Source of the DNA: a virus
Taxonomy: Duplodnaviria; Heunggongvirae; Uroviricota; Caudoviricetes
DNA: 20,998 nt
IMG/VR virus record: IMGVR_UViG_2877973648_000001
Span: 1-20,998 of that record
Strand: one strand, 5' to 3'
A program made the position numbers and the translations under genes. Below are positions 20,567 through 20,998 of the stretch, piece by piece. Positions within the stretch are counted from its first letter, which is position 1, and each line of letters begins with the position of its first letter. A model generated the notes under the pieces. The model saw only the letters and a program-made list of their open reading frames with translations, had not been told where the DNA came from and searched no databases.

Positions 20567-20998
20567 ATGATAAAGGTTCTTGTACCTTGTATTGTTATGC
20601 TGCTTTCTTTTTCTACTATGGCAAAATCTGTAACATATTCCTGTGAGCAAAAGTACACTGTTAATATTAATGCATCGGGCCATGCAGGTACTGTTAAAAT
20701 CTATAAAGATGGTAAGCCAGTTGCAATAACTAGTTCTGATAAATTTTTTATTGATCTTGAATCACATGCTTACGATATGAATGGTGACACTGTATTCAAT
20801 TATGCTGCATATAAAGGGTATGATCATACAATTGAAAGTATACCAGTTTCTGATTTTTATACACTAATAACTAAGAATAGTACCTTGGATTCACCTGCAA
20901 AAGTTGCAAAGCTAAAGGTAGTATTATCCAGTAATGCAATGGATAAAATTTTGAACTGCTCACTCGGATTAGACTTGTCTGGAATTGACTTTAATTAA
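20567..20998 (+). CDS. secreted/periplasmic hypothetical protein (N-terminal signal peptide)
   Basis: Track ORF 143 aa ending TAA at 20996-20998; MIKVLVPCIVMLLSFSTMA looks like a Sec signal peptide. Confidence 0.5.
   Translation: MIKVLVPCIVMLLSFSTMAKSVTYSCEQKYTVNINASGHAGTVKIYKDGKPVAITSSDKFFIDLESHAYDMNGDTVFNYAAYKGYDHTIESIPVSDFYTLITKNSTLDSPAKVAKLKVVLSSNAMDKILNCSLGLDLSGIDFN

Overview
AT-rich, phage-derived accessory DNA (a degraded prophage or phage-like island) in what looks like an enterobacterial host, heavily colonised by GC-richer insertion sequences. All homology calls are from reading the translations by eye; no searches were run. Left part (1-5.7 kb): a small hydrophobic peptide, an RHH-like small protein, an HNH-AP2 homing-endonuclease-like gene, an AT-hook protein, an Mrr-like PD-(D/E)xK nuclease behind a ~670-bp ORF-free leader, a membrane-anchored protein, and a tightly coupled HNH-nuclease + partner gene pair. 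An IS629-like IS3-family element (5728-9302, 3-bp TTG duplication) follows, carrying a group II intron (6243-8512) with its RT/maturase ORF and a recognisable domain V inside orfB. Then come an EAL-like/lipoprotein pair, an (AATTATTA)8 repeat, and a DUF3800-like + PD-(D/E)xK-like gene pair on the minus strand. The terminase genes follow: a Nu1-like small subunit and a GpA-like large subunit broken by three insertions (IS2-like, IS5, IS407-like). The right end holds a T4-type lysozyme, a GIY-YIG-like gene and small membrane/secreted proteins. The best candidates for an undescribed system are the nuclease-containing gene pairs at 4217-5737 and 10870-12767 and the lone Mrr-like nuclease at 2302-3180. 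The most unusual non-genic signal is the palindrome AGTACT, roughly 10-fold over-represented in the non-IS DNA.
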